The notes under the pieces: model-generated
What the model saw: only the letters and a program-made list of their open reading frames with translations
The model's database searches: none
What the model was told of the DNA's origin: nothing
Part shown: positions 22,358 through 37,049 of the stretch, one piece after another
Position numbering within the stretch: the stretch's first letter is position 1
Layout: the number at the start of each line of letters is the position of its first letter
Translations under genes and position numbers: made by a program
Assembly (NCBI GenBank): GCA_010093995.1
Contig: ML992502.1
Location: forward strand, 737,001-801,000
DNA length: 64,000 nucleotides
Source: Elsinoe ampelina
Lineage: Eukaryota
Reading direction: 5' to 3'

Positions 22358-22677
22358 GCTTCCAATTTCTGCTAAGCAGCAAACGAAGCGTTCGAAGATT
22401 GGTGGAAGAGTGGAAAGCTCTCAGGGTGTGAGTATCTCAGGAAGGAATGCAAAGAAACAGGATTTCGTTATCGACAGATGCAATTCCGATGATGCGGCGG
22501 CAGCCACATGCACATGTTTGACCAAAAAAGCCTGTGATGTCACCGGCGATCACTTTTCGATCTCCTTTGGGACGATCCCCCGGAAAATCAGTTCAACCTT
22601 AACCTGCATGTGGGAAGAGCCGCACATCAAAGGCTGGCATGGATGTGGTTGTTATTATGTACACTATATTCGTTGCA

Positions 22678-24270
22678 TCATGCGACTACGCCCTCAGACC
22701 TCAAGCTCTCAACATCCGCTGTCGAATAGCCAAGCATGCTCGTCAAGACTTCCTGCGTATGCTGACCCAGTGTCGGCGGAGGTGTCCGGATGCCAGGCTG
22801 CGAGTCAGAGTACTTGACCGGGGTGTTGACAAGCTTTATGGTTCCGCATGCTAGATGTTCAACCTCTTGAACCATATTTCTGGAAAGTGCTATACCGCAA
22901 TTAGTCTCGCATCACTAGCTTGCGATAAATACTCACTGTGCTTGTGCTCTAGAGTCTGTTTAACGTCATTGATGGCGGCATACGGCATTCCACTTCCTTC
23001 AAGAACATCAAGCCACTCTTGTGTCGTCTTGGTCCTAGTGATCTCCTCAATGAGTTCTTCCAAGAGGTCTCGGTTCCTGACACGAGCTGGGTTCGTCGAG
23101 AAACGCTCATCCTGAGCCCATTCCGGCTTACCAATCCTTTGGCAGAGCACGCCGAACAGTCGATCATTACCGCCACCAAGCATTACATCACCGTCTTTCG
23201 TCTTGAATCCTTTGTATGGTACGATCGAAGGGTGCGCAGTCCCCCAACGACCAGAGTCTGGCTTCCCACTGATTAGTACCGAACTGGCGATGTTGGCGAG
23301 TGTAGCGACCTGGCAGTCGCTCAGGGCTACGTCGATGTGCTGGCCTTTGCCAGTCTTCTGGCGAGCTAGCAGAGCTGCCATAACAGCGTTTGAGGTGTAC
23401 AGCCCAGTCGTCAAGTCAGTCACGGCCACCCCGACCTTGACTGGTGGACCATCTCGAGCTCCTGTAATGTGCATCAAGCCGAATTCGCTGATAGATGTGA
23501 GCCTTTCTGCACGAGCCGCGACGTACGAGCACTTACGCCTCGACCATGACATCGTAGCCAGCACGGTTTGAGTATTCTCCAGTCTGTCCATACCCAGTAA
23601 TGCTGGCATACACCAAGTTTGGATTGAGCTTTGAGACGGTGTCAAAATCCATACCATACTTCTTCAATGCTCCAGGCAAGTAGTTCTCCACCAAGACATC
23701 TGATTCCTTGGCCAGCTTATGAAGGATCTCTACACCAGAAGGATGAGCAAAAGACAATCCAAGCGATTTCTTGTTGCGATTGACCTGAACAATTAGTCCC
23801 AGACAATACTGTCAATCGGATGGCGTACCGAGAGGTAGTAAGCACTTTCTCCTGGCTTGCTGGCAAAATTACCCTGGATGTGGTCCGCGTATGGTGGTCC
23901 CCAAGCACGTGTATCATCACCACGGGTAGGATGCTCAATCTTGATAACCTCGGCTCTGCCCTCATCAGTCTATTGGCTTTATCACCTCAAGGAGGCCGTA
24001 CAGGATCATGCATACCCGAGATCACCCAAAATCTGCGTACAGTATGGCTGTCCCAATGTCAGTAATGTGCTGCAGCGCAAGGTAGACGCGAAAATGTACT
24101 CCAGCCAATACTCTGGTCATATCCAGCACTTTCACGCCAGCCAGCGGCAGCTTCGAAGCATCAGGTGTTTGCCCCGCAGGAGTTGCAAGGCTTCTCTTCT
24201 GGCAAGCAATTGAAGGCGCCCGTCGCCGGCATACTTGCCAAGCTCGAGCGGAGAAATACGCAGTGGCCAT
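22678..24270 (-). CDS. CoA-transferase family III (CaiB/BaiF; succinyl-CoA:glutarate CoA-transferase-like), mitochondrial-type N-terminus
   Basis: [64 protein letters not shown] and PPPTLGQHT motifs; several GT-AG introns. Confidence 0.93.
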
Positions 24271-24550
24271 CCTCAACGACTATACATATGACATAGAGAG
24301 GAAGCTGTAGGAGGAGAGAGGAGCTGCGAGATCGGGGGAATGTATATCGCTTTGCCTCGGCGTTCCATCATCGGCGCCGGCTCAACACGTCCGATGCATT
24401 TTCTGGGGTGAAAAAAGCTCGAGCTTCGGACAATGACTGTTCGGAACGTGGTCCGCATTAAACATCCCATTGAGCTCTCAATTCTTGCTTCTCACTTCTG
24501 TTTCTCCTCTCACATAGAGCTCCGAACAATCTTCCACACCTGTCGCCATC

Positions 24551-25777
<1,227 letters not shown>

Positions 25778-26055
25778 GAGAATGTAGGAAAAGAAAGTAA
25801 TAGATACCCACGATTAGACCAAAGCACCGCGGAGCAATACACGCTTCATATGGCAATGACCCAGTTGCGACATACGTGACAAAGAGATGAATGCTTTGAT
25901 GCTCGATGCTCACTTGCCGTACAACGACCTTGTATCATTTGGTATCAACATTATTCGAAAGCTTTACGCTTCGCTTCGTCCCAACTCCTTCGACATGCAA
26001 TCGGCTGTGTCCCATGCTGTTCATTCAGTATCAATGCTCCTCGCTCCTACTCCGC

Positions 26056-26748
26056 TCATGATTCCTGGTTCACCGTTTGCTACCCAAGTCAGCATCTGTC
26101 CCTCACCCATAACCCAGCGTACTCACCACCAACCAATCCATACCCTCATTCACCCCCCGCCCATCAATCGCCGAACAAGCCATGATACTCCAATTCCGAT
26201 CCTTCAACTCCCCCAACCTCAACGCCTCACTGATCTCCCCGGCCCCTTTCGCACCAGGCTGATCCTGCTTATTCGCAAACACCAACAACGCCGCATCCCT
26301 CAACTCCTCCTCGTTCAACATGGCCGCCAACTCATCCGACGCCGTGCTCAACCGGTCTATATCCGTCGAGTCGATCACGAATATCACCGCCGCCGTGTTG
26401 GCGTAGTAGCACCGCCAGTAAGGCCGTATCGAGGTCTGGCCGCCGAGATCCCAGACGTTGAAGTTGAGGTTTTTGTAGGTTACGGATTCGACGTTGAAGC
26501 CGATTGTGGGGATTGTGGTGACTACTTCGCCGATCTGGAGGGGATGAGTGGGAGCAGGAGGAGAGGCAGGGAGAGGGAGGGTACCTTGAGGCGGTAGAGG
26601 AGGGTGGTTTTGCCCGCGTTGTCCTGGTCGTGTGTCAGTTTGGCGGAGGGAGGGAGAGGTGAGGGGGGCGTACCAGGCCGAGGATTAGTATTCGTATCTC
26701 TTTCTTTGCCCATAAGAGGCGCGAGAAGATGGAGAGTGTGCCGCCCAT
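26056..26748 (-). CDS. ARL1: ADP-ribosylation factor-like GTPase Arl1
   Basis: MGG N-terminus, [26 protein letters not shown] and FANKQD; three introns; last exon QTVNQES*. Confidence 0.95.
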
Positions 26749-27198
26749 GCTCGCCTGCTCTTCCTCCTCCCCCTTGGATCTTACAAATCAAGCGGAGCTG
26801 GGGAGTGGTATGCGCTAATGTAGAGCGACGGATATTGGATTTCGTAGGCGGTCTGAGCAGTGTGTCGTCGCAAGGAGGGAGAGATTAGAGGTAAAGTCGT
26901 AAAGGGAGTAGGAAGTGAGATGTTGTTGAGGCGAGGTCGGCAACGGAGCTGGCTTCCTGAAAGATGGAATCAGCATCAAGTGCCTGCCAAGACAAATACA
27001 AGCCGCACATATTATGTTGACCTTCCATCTTACATGTGCAGTATTACGTACACTATTTCCAGGCTTCTGATCAATCGGACATTCCATTCAAGGCTCCATA
27101 GGCTCCATCTCGCCATGCCTGCAATCGCACCCTAGCCACGACCCACGACATCCTGGAGGCGAACTTGTGCTAAGCATTCTATCCGTGATACCAGTAAC

Positions 27199-29609
27199 AT
27201 GGTCGGAAAGAAGTCAGGAAGGGCTCTCCTGCGGGAGGAGGGTAGGTTATCCACGATATTGCTCATCGGTCGATATACTGATGGTATCAAGGCCTTCAGC
27301 GGACCGACAACAATATGGATCTTACCAGCTTTCCCGTGATTCCGATGATCAACCAGAAGAACTATTACACGTGAGTGCAGCGAGTTCCCCGTTCAAAACG
27401 CGGCCAATTCACCAACCTCTTCATCATGTCTTGCCGAACTGCAGGCAGACGCACATGCTGACTAGTGGTAGGGAATTCATGAAGAGGGACGACCAGATCC
27501 TTGCCACTCGACTACAGAATGAGGATGCCCGTAATCGCATGACCAAGGCCGCTCGGGACAAGGACAGAGCTCTTGCCAACGGGACTCACAATGGCGATGC
27601 CGACGTCGACATGGAGGATGCCGATGCTGCAGATGATGAGACCGAGAGCGAGGCTTTCGGCTCCAAGACTATTGTCATTCACCCTGGGAGCCAGAACATG
27701 AGGATTGGTCTTGCCACGGACGCCCTACCAAAGTCGATCCCAATGGTGATTGCACGGAAAGCACAGCAGGCAGAGTCAGAGGAGAACGACGGAGAGCCGA
27801 GACCGAAGAGGCAAAAGCTAGAGGACGGCGAGCTAGGTGAAGAGTCGACCTGGTTCGGCCCAGAGGTATGCTAGCACAAATTACCAAATGTGCGTGTCTG
27901 ACAACAAACAGTTCGCCGCAGAATACAATGCCATGGCGGCAGAGTTCAAGACATTTAGGCGTGTCAACAAGCGAAGAGTCCTTCCAAACTCGAGGGAACT
28001 GGTCTGGAATTGGAATTCGAGAAACCCGCCCGATGTCATTCCGAGGCACAACGATCCCATTGAGATCGACTGGACCGATGTTTCTGATGCACCCGACTTC
28101 GTGACTGGACAAAAGGCACTGCGCATACCTGATCAATCGAAGCCAAGATACCGCTTGTACCGACCCTGGCAGTACGGCATGCTCAACGAAAAGGAGTACA
28201 AGCACAAGAATCTGCTGTATATGGACCTCTTTACGATCATCCGAGAGACCATCATCTCTGAAATTGGAGTCTCGAAACGAAAAGACTGGTCTCAGTACAG
28301 CGTTGTGTTCGTCATTCCAGATCTTTACGAGAAAACCATTGTAGCTCAAGTACTGCACGAGCTCCTCATGGATTTCGGCTTTCAAAGGGTCTGCTTCATG
28401 CAAGAAAGTCTGGCAGCCACGTTTGGTGCAGGCTATTCCAGCTCCTGTATTGTGGATGTTGGCGCACAGAAGACTTCGATCTGCTGTGTCGAAGACGGCA
28501 TGTGTATCGAGGATTCGAGAATGAATCTCAAATATGGTGGCGACGATGTCACAGAGACATTTATCAAGATGATGCTTTTCGACAAGCTCAACTACAGCGA
28601 GATGAATCTAAATCGCCGCCATGATTTCATCCTTGCAGAGGAACTGAAGCAGAAGTTTTGCACACTTAGCGACGAGCACATTAGTGTTCAGCTCTACGAG
28701 TTCCATGTCAGAGCATACAACGAGAATACTCGCAAGTACTCGTTCAAGACTTACGATGAGATTATGCTCGCGCCAATGGTAAGACAACGAGACAGTACCT
28801 TGACAGACTTCTGGCTAATCACTTCTCAGGGCTTCTTCCGCCCAAACATCTTCGACCACTCGAAAAAGCTCATCGGCCGCCGCAGCATCGTCGCCCGCTC
28901 CACCGACCTCTACGACGGCAAGCCCAACGACCCCATCTCCCCCCCTCAACTCAAAGCCCTCGAATACGCCCTCGAAAACATCCCCAGCGCCGTCTCCCGC
29001 GCCGCCGCCGAGCCCAAACCCAAACCCAAGCCCCTCCCAACCAACCTCGCCCTTTCCACCCCTCAACGCCCCGGGGCCCTCGGCAACATCTCCCACCTCA
29101 TCGACGACGGCGAACCCACCCCCCGCTCCAGCCCAGGCGGCACCCCCGCCCCCGAAGACGGCGCCACACCCCGCCCCGCCCGCGACGGCAGCCCCGGCCC
29201 CAACGCCCCTTCCGATGACGAAGACGCCGAACCGGACGACCTCTCGGAGCGCGTCGTGCCCATCATGCCGCTCGACGCCGCGATCCTCGCGTCCATCTCG
29301 GAAGGCGCCCGCGGAGACGACCGCAAACTGCGAGACTTCCTGGGCGGCATCATGGTCATCGGAGGCGGGAGCAAGATTGCGAACTTCAACGCGTACCTGG
29401 AGCAGAAGCTGAAGCTGCTCAGGCCGGATTTGGCAAAGGATATACTGATAGGGCCGCCGCCGAGGGAGTTGGATCCGCAGGTTTTGGTCTGGAAGGGGGC
29501 CAGTGTGTTTGGGAAATTGAGGGGGACGAATGATAGTTGGATTGGTGGGTTGGAGTATGATCGTCTTGGGGCGAGGATTTTGAATTATAAGTGTATGTGG
29601 TCTTGGTAA
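27199..29609 (+). CDS. ARP8: INO80 complex actin-related protein 8
   Basis: MVGKKSGRALLREEG, INQKNYYT, VIHPGSQNMRIG, QESLAATFGAG, VDVGAQKTSICCVEDG and WKGASVF; four introns. Confidence 0.95.
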
Positions 29610-29990
29610 GGTGAGGTGGAAGAGGGAGTGGTGGGGTGGGACGGGCAGGTACGGAGAGGGAGGGGAGTGGCAAGCGAGGTCGGATGGTACATCTTGTCGA
29701 GGATGTGATGTAGTCTGCAGGCAAGGCGTCTGGGCTGACAGTAGTGGTAGATACGAAAAGCTTCCGTTGATTTCCTTTCCGCCTCATAGCTGAGTGATTC
29801 GCATCTTGAGCAGAGACGATGAATCGTGTTAGTATCCGCCTCGGCGCTTCACGCATGTAGCAGACGGGAGCGTTCATGTGAGCAGGAAGAATATGTCTCG
29901 TTACATCATTACGTAAAAAATGGATGGGTATCATCTCCCGAAAACCGAACAAAAGTACCAACCAGCCATGAAATACCAAATCAGCCCTCG

Positions 29991-32900
29991 CTAGTGATTA
30001 TACAGAGCACTCGGACTCCACGTCCGTCCGGCATTCTTCCCTCGCCATGTCGCTGCGTCGACGCTGACTTCTTCGAACGTGCTGAGTGGCTCGAAGCCCA
30101 TAGCCGAGAAGCCGTCGAAGTTGCCGTCTCCATCCATCTATATCTGTCAGCATGCTTTGATTCGACTTGAAGAGGGGAATAGACCTACATAGTCAAGGAT
30201 ACATCTTTCGCAACCCTGTTGCCGCACCTGCCTGACGCCGAGCAGGATCAAGCCCTGCAGAAGAGTGCTGTACTCGCCTACACTAGGGCTGATGACAGGA
30301 CTGGAGATGCCACCCGTCATCTCTCCGTCTTTCATGGCCGGGACGAACTCTGCAATCTGGCTCTGCATGTTGTACAAGACGACTGTCCCTACCAAAGTGC
30401 CGTCTTCGGGGCGCTTGGCTCGGATGATGCCGCAAGCAGTGGGGTCTGACAAGGCCATCTTGTACACCTCAATCAAACCCTGTCGATTCGATGTCTTTAC
30501 ATGATCCAGGATGGCGGCGTGGTAGTCCCAGCCGTAGATGAGGTCAAAGTCTGCACCGGCGCTTTGCAGACTTTTTGCCATACCGCTGGGCGGCGACCAG
30601 GAGGATAGGTTACGGGCGATCATGCTGCAGATGGGACGAGAGAAGGCGGAATTCCAGCCGAGATTGTTGAACCATTGACGGAGTCTCTTACGTTCCGTCG
30701 ATTGACCTGATGGGATACCGATGTATATCGAGGGCAGACGGGAGCCCAGCTGGAATCGCTTGACGCCGTCTTTCTGGACCAAGGTGCGGATTGCACGATT
30801 GTAGAGAGAGTGACCAATACCGAGCTTACGTCGGGTCGGGTCAACGAACAGACCACCAATGGCACCTGTGCCGGTTGTAGAGAAGAAGTACGTGCTGCAG
30901 AAGCCATACAGAGCAGCCGTGGAGGAGTTTCGGACAACGAAGTGAGTCTCCTGTACATCTGATCGGCGGAGTAAGAAAGAGTTTGATGTTGCGCCTGCAA
31001 GTTCGGATCGAGTGTTGGGAGAATTCGCATCAACCAGAGCCTTGAGTAGTGTGTCGAGTGCAGCTGAATCCCTTTCCTCGTTGAAGGTCTCGACAAGCCA
31101 ATGCTGCTTTGACTGAGACAACTTTTGTGATTGAGATATTGAGCCTGGTAGCGAACCGCTGGGTTGAATCTCGCCGTAGATGACCTTGACCAAAGACATC
31201 AAAGCAGTCTCGGTGTAGTCGTATGTGCATACATATGTGCCAATGGAAGAGTCGTGAGCAAAGTCGTATGGCGAGCTGACCGCAACTACTACTAGTGGCT
31301 TCTCCCGACGCTCATTAGAGTTCTGGTAGGAGCTATTGCAAATCATTGATACATGCTTGGTGAAGCCGGATTGATACAGATTCCTGTTTGCATCTGCAGT
31401 GAGTACAATCACAGCACCAGCTCGTTTGATAAGATTCTCGTGTTGAGGTCGAACGCCGTTGGCTGTGTAGCTCGTATGAAGCACTCGTCCATTTCGTAAT
31501 CGTGCAAGAGAGCGGCCAAGCTCTCTAAACACCCGTTCCCCACTCATTACTGACGCAGTACGTTCTGATGCCTCAGGAGATCCAGTTGATCCTAATTCGG
31601 ACAGTGTTCTTGATGCTGCTGATGCTGCGAGCGGCTTGATGAGCGGAGTAAGAAGGAGAAGCTCCTCGTCTGGTTCGAGGATATTCGTCAGAGGTAGAAG
31701 ACCATTCTTGTCCCTCACCACTGTGATGCTGGAGCTGTAAGCACTTGTGGAAAGTGTTGTATGTGCCGGTTGGAGCTCTGATAGTAATTGCACACCGCGC
31801 GGATTCAGCGCTTTCTCCCAAGACGTGCACCGAGCTTTCATCTTGAGGACACGGCGTAAGGATGTGTATATCCTGTCTTTCGTGATCATCGAGTTTTCAA
31901 TTCCAAGTTTCACGCCCTGAATGGCGTCGGTCTGACAGGCGAAGGACCGACAAAGTAGAATGAGGTCACACCCGGCGTTGACAGCCATGACAGTTCCACC
32001 ACCGATGCCAATGTTGTGACTCAAAGCCTCCATTTCCAAGCATTCTGACACTACTACACCATCGAACTTGAGGTCCGTCCGAAGCAGACCGTCGACAATC
32101 TGGTCTGATAAACATGCATGCATGACATTGAGACCAGGAGATGACATGGCACATCCTCCGACCATAATTGCATCTAGGCCTTTCTGAATAGCGTCTCGGA
32201 AAGGAATTAGAGCACTTAGACTGAGCTGCTCTATCGACTCGGTAATGGTCGGTACGTCTAGTGCTGATCCAAGAAATTCAAGGTTGCCATAGGATGGAAA
32301 ATGCTTGCCCATGGTCGCGAGTCCCGCATCTTGATATCCTCGCATGGATGCTACGCCATATTTCGAGACTTCTTTCGGGTCATCGCCGCTCGATCGCACA
32401 CCCAAAGGCTGGCTCCTTGTGTTGGTGAGCACGTCGATGCATGGACCAAGGATCCAGTTGATCCCGCATGCCGAGACCTCTTCAGCGGTGGCTTTGGCGA
32501 CCTCATAGTTCAAGTCCACGGATCCTGTAGCCGCTAGACCCATGGCACTCGGATACTGTCGGATATAGATCTCATCAAAGAGACTGTTGACACCCCCATT
32601 CTCCTGATCGAGACCAATGAGGAGTGGGACAGGATGACCAGCATCGTAAGCTATCTTTTGTAAATCGTAGACCAGATTCTTTGTGTCCTCGGCGGCTAGA
32701 CATGATCAGTATCACCTTGCGAAATCATGGACATTCTGAGAAGGACCGGAAGAGGAGAGTATCGAATGGTGACTGACATTTGAGGTTCTTGGCCGTCAAT
32801 AAGACAGAGCCAAGATGATTTTGCTGAATGAGCTGTCGTATTTGTGGCGTTACTTGAGTTCCATCAAAGCCTACAATTTACTATCAGTACCGAGACTGAT

Positions 32901-33053
32901 CGACCTCGGATAAGATTGCACATACCCATCATAAAGAGCTGCCCGAGCGCCCTACATAACCATGATTAGCGACCGCATCACGTGACCAAGAAACCAAGCG
33001 TACTTGTCGGTATCATCCCACACAGGATCCAGCCTAGGAACGGATGAAACCAT
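29991..33053 (-). CDS. ngs1: GH3 beta-N-acetylhexosaminidase-like domain plus C-terminal GNAT domains (Ngs1-type GlcNAc sensor)
   Basis: LIGLDQENGG, KHFP and AVSSPYD GH3 motifs followed by GNAT motif A (VDPTRRKLGIG); several short 5' exons and a 3' exon 30137-29991. Confidence 0.85.
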
Positions 33054-33818
33054 GGCGGGCACGTGATGGAGGAAGGACGTGGGAGTCTGGTAGTATCAAG
33101 GTGCAATACAACGTTGCGTTCGCTGTGGCGCCTGATGTTGCATTGCAGAGCGGAGCCCCGAGGCGGCTGGCGATCCGAGCCTATTCGAGCCCGATATGAT
33201 ATGCTGACGGTCCGGTGGGATGTGATGAAGCGAAAAGAAAGCGGGTATGCTCCTCGGTCCTTTGATTGAGTGCGCGAGACGTCGGTATACCGCAAGTCAG
33301 AATGCTGAAGAAGGTCGATGATAGCCCGGTCGTGCGAACTGTGTCCCTATGCGCTGCCAAGAAACAGACCCAACCAGTCTTCATTGGATCGACATAGCCG
33401 AGCTCCAGATTCGTGAGTGTTCGTGAGTACCGTACATTTGCGCTGTTGGACAACCATCTCTTTGGAACCCAGCTGTTGCCATCCTTTAAGCATCGTCGGT
33501 TGAGCAGCCATAGCAAGGACCAAGAAGACGGCAGACCACTCTTCACTCTAGAACAGTAGATCGAGAGCGGCTCTGCACATCGAAGAGTCCCTGCGCGATC
33601 TACCCACACCACACCAATCTCCGCAATCTCCATGGTGCGAGATGGAGGTGCTGAAAAAGCTCGATGCCTTTCATCATGACGCACTCTCTTCAGGAACACC
33701 AGTCCATCTCCTGCGTCTGATCACTTTAGCCAATCGTGGTAGGTAGACAGGTAAGATTACCCCAGCCCGCTCGCATTCACCAAGTACGTCTCCATTTTAC
33801 CACCCAACCACGACAGTC

Positions 33819-34738
33819 ATGTCTACTCGAGTCGCTGCAGTCACAGGAGCAAACAAGGGTATTGGACTAGCCATCGGTATGAATTTGACCCCATCGTGAC
33901 AACTGAATGAAGACTAACATGCCCAGTCCGTCAGCTCGCTCTTCAATATCCTCAATCGCCTTTCCACAGCGGGAGCTTCCTCATCTACCTCACCGCCAGG
34001 TCTGCCGAAAGAGGCGCAGAAGCCGTCAAGACCATCAACAATGACCCACAACTTAAAGAGGCCAAGGTGCTGGCGCAAGATGGAGGTGACACGACTATCA
34101 AATTCAAAGCACTCGACATCAGCAACACCATGAGTATTCGCGATTTCGCCGAGTCCTTACACAAGGATCATCCTGATGGCATTGACTTTGTCATCAACAA
34201 CGCCGGTATTGCGATGGAGGGCTTCGATGCGAATGTCGTCAAGACCACTCTTGAGACCAACTACTATGGCACGCTGGAGGCGACTCAGACACTACTCCCG
34301 ATCATAAAGAAGGGTGGCCGGCTTGTCAATGTGGCTTCCATGTCCGGACATTTGAACAAATATTCCAATGATGTTCGAAAGAACTTCATTTCCGCAGCGG
34401 AGACTGGTGTGCCAGAGTGCACATCCATGATGGAGACATTCAAACAGGCCGTATCTGATGGCAAGGAGAAAGAGCTTGGATGGCCACCTGCCGCCTATGC
34501 TGTCAGCAAGGCTGGCGAGATTGCCTTCACAAAAGCCATTGCGAAAGAGCAAGCGGCGAATGGCAAGGATGTACTCATCAATGCCTGCTGCCCAGGGTTT
34601 GTTAATACCGATATGACCAAGGGCAGGGGTCAGAAAACTCCTGATCAAGGTGCCCTGACACCAGTCATGCTGGCTCTCCATGACATCAAGGGCAAGACTG
34701 GCGAGTTCTGGCAAAGCGAGAAGATGATTGAGTGGTAA
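33819..34738 (+). CDS. short-chain dehydrogenase, carbonyl reductase (CBR1-like)
   Basis: VTGANKGIGLAI, NNAGI, TNYYGT, NVAS, YAVSK and CCPGFVNTDM; one intron at ~33877-33926. Confidence 0.93.
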
Positions 34739-35062
34739 AGGCATGGTTAATTAGTTTGATGCGGCGTCCATATCGGCTAAATTTGCACGGGACCGCCAAG
34801 ACATGTAGCCAACGACAGAGCTCGTCCTAGTAGATGTTACTTCATTTTTATGTTACTTTCTGCCAACAACCTGTTCAATTCTACCTCTGGACATTGAAAG
34901 TCACGTGTCGGCATGAATTGGCATCGCGTCTCTACCTCGATGACTTGCTGAGAATTGAGACTGGCGGGATGACCAGCGGCGACATCTGTGACCATCCAAC
35001 CAATTTTTCGCGAACTGGCCACAAACGACCACAAGCGCGTCTCAAATCTTCCTATCAAAGTC

Positions 35063-36880
35063 ATGGCGGAGGATCATGGTCGAAATAATCAAGAAGCTGA
35101 TGGAATTGATGATAATCCGGCCGCCACAACCCAGTCATCCTCAAACAACATGGACCATGGCCAAGATGACATGGAAATCGATCTCTTCGACAACGCAGGC
35201 TGGCGCTCTGCGCCTCACGCGATTGCCGTAAAACCACCATCGGTTGACAGTCCGACTGCTTCGACACCTCTGACGACAGCTTCCTCTTCATCGGCGTCAG
35301 CTAGGGGCTCTGGCCGAGGTCGCGGGCGTGGTCGCGGTGCTGGACGTGGCGGGCGTGTAGCCAGACCCTCAAATGGCGCGATTCACACTGATGTCTCGAA
35401 CGGAGTCGACCCAGCATCTGCAGTCACTACCCCGACCGCCTCTCGTGGCAGCGTCCGTGGTCGATCTCGTACCCGTAGTGTTGGACGGGCGTCACGAGGA
35501 GGACGAGGTGGGAAACGACGAAGGGACAGTGATGAGATCAAGGCCGAAGACAGTCCATCAGATGCCCATCCGTCCGATGAGGAAGCAGAGGAAGAATATA
35601 CGCCGCAGGCCACCGCCACCAGATCCGGGCGGTCAGTCCAGAAGCCAACATCCTTCGCCCCGCCACCTCTGCCTTCACCAGTCGCAGGCGTGAAGCGGAA
35701 GCGACACATGCACCGCAAAAACCCAGAATTGTCGGTGTGTCGAGTCTGTCTCCGTCCTCACAGTCCGCTCGGAAACATGATAGTATTTTGTGACGGCTGC
35801 AATACACCATACCACCGATACTGCCATCGACCTGCAATCCAACAAGTTGTAGTCGATGAGCCAGACAGGGAATGGTATTGCGCCGAATGTGGGCGGGAGA
35901 ACGAATTCCAATACGACATTTCTCTCTTCAAACCTACCCAAAACATGACCGACGAACAGGTACTTCCTGCGCCTCTCCTATTTGACATTCACTGACACTG
36001 CCAGAAACGTTCCCACCTCGAACGAGTACCCCAACCTGTCCTCATCCGCCTCCTCATCTCCGCCTCTCACACCCACCCCGACATCCCCCTCCTCCCTCCC
36101 GACGTACACACCCGCGCCAACGCCCTCGCCTCCATGCCCCCACCCCCACCCACAAACGGGCACACCTCCTTCTCCATCCCCCCCAGCACCGCCCCGACCA
36201 ACGGCCACTCCGCCACCAAACTCACCCGACCCCCCGACGACGAGCACGAAACCGGCTACGAATCCGACCCGCCCGCGCACTACCCCGTCCCCGGGCGCGG
36301 CCTCGCCTCCACCCTGCCCCCCGAACGCACGCACCTCCACTTCCTCGTCGACACCAACCGCGAAGTCTACACCCACCTCTACCAGTCGCACCCCCAAAAA
36401 GCCAACGAGGGCATCTTCGGCCCCAAAATCAGCGAGGAGCAACGCATCGCCGACGTCGCGCGGCGGGCGAGGGAAGAGATTGAGATCAAAGTCGCCATGG
36501 AGATGCAGCGGGTCAAGCGGGAGAAGGCGGAGACGCAGAGGCGGTTGCAAGAGGATATAAGGCGCAGAGAGGCGGAGTTGGACGAGAGGTTGGCGAGGGA
36601 GAGGAGGGAGAGGGAGGTGAGGGAGGTGGAGATGGAGAGGGAGAGGTTGAGGCGGGAGGAGGAGGAGGAGGATGGGGCGAGGGAGGATTTGGAGATGTTG
36701 GATCGGGAGATTAGTGAGGGGATGGAGGAGGGGGGAGGTAAGGAGGATGAGGGAGGGGAGGGGCAGGGGACGGTGGTGCAGCAGGAGGAGGGAGAGGGAG
36801 GGGAGAAGAAAGGTGAGCAGGGCGAGCAGACGAGGGGAAGTAGGGAGAGTACGGCGGATAATATCCAGGTTGCGCCGTAG
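35063..36880 (+). CDS. PHD-finger chromatin protein
   Basis: C4HC3 PHD finger (CRVC..IVFCDGCNTPYHRYCH..WYCAEC), GRG repeats, an intron at 35960-36004 and an E/R-rich C-terminus. Confidence 0.88.
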
Positions 36881-37049
36881 GTGATATCATCATGGAGGAG
36901 CATGGGAAAGAGAGCAGATGGAAGAGGGTGTGTTTGTATCACTATTTCGCTTGACTTGACTCGAATGGAATGGATAATTATCACCATCATTGATGCCAGC
37001 GAGGCTTGTGTTTATATGCAGCATATGCTGTTGGGAAAGAGCTCGAGCT

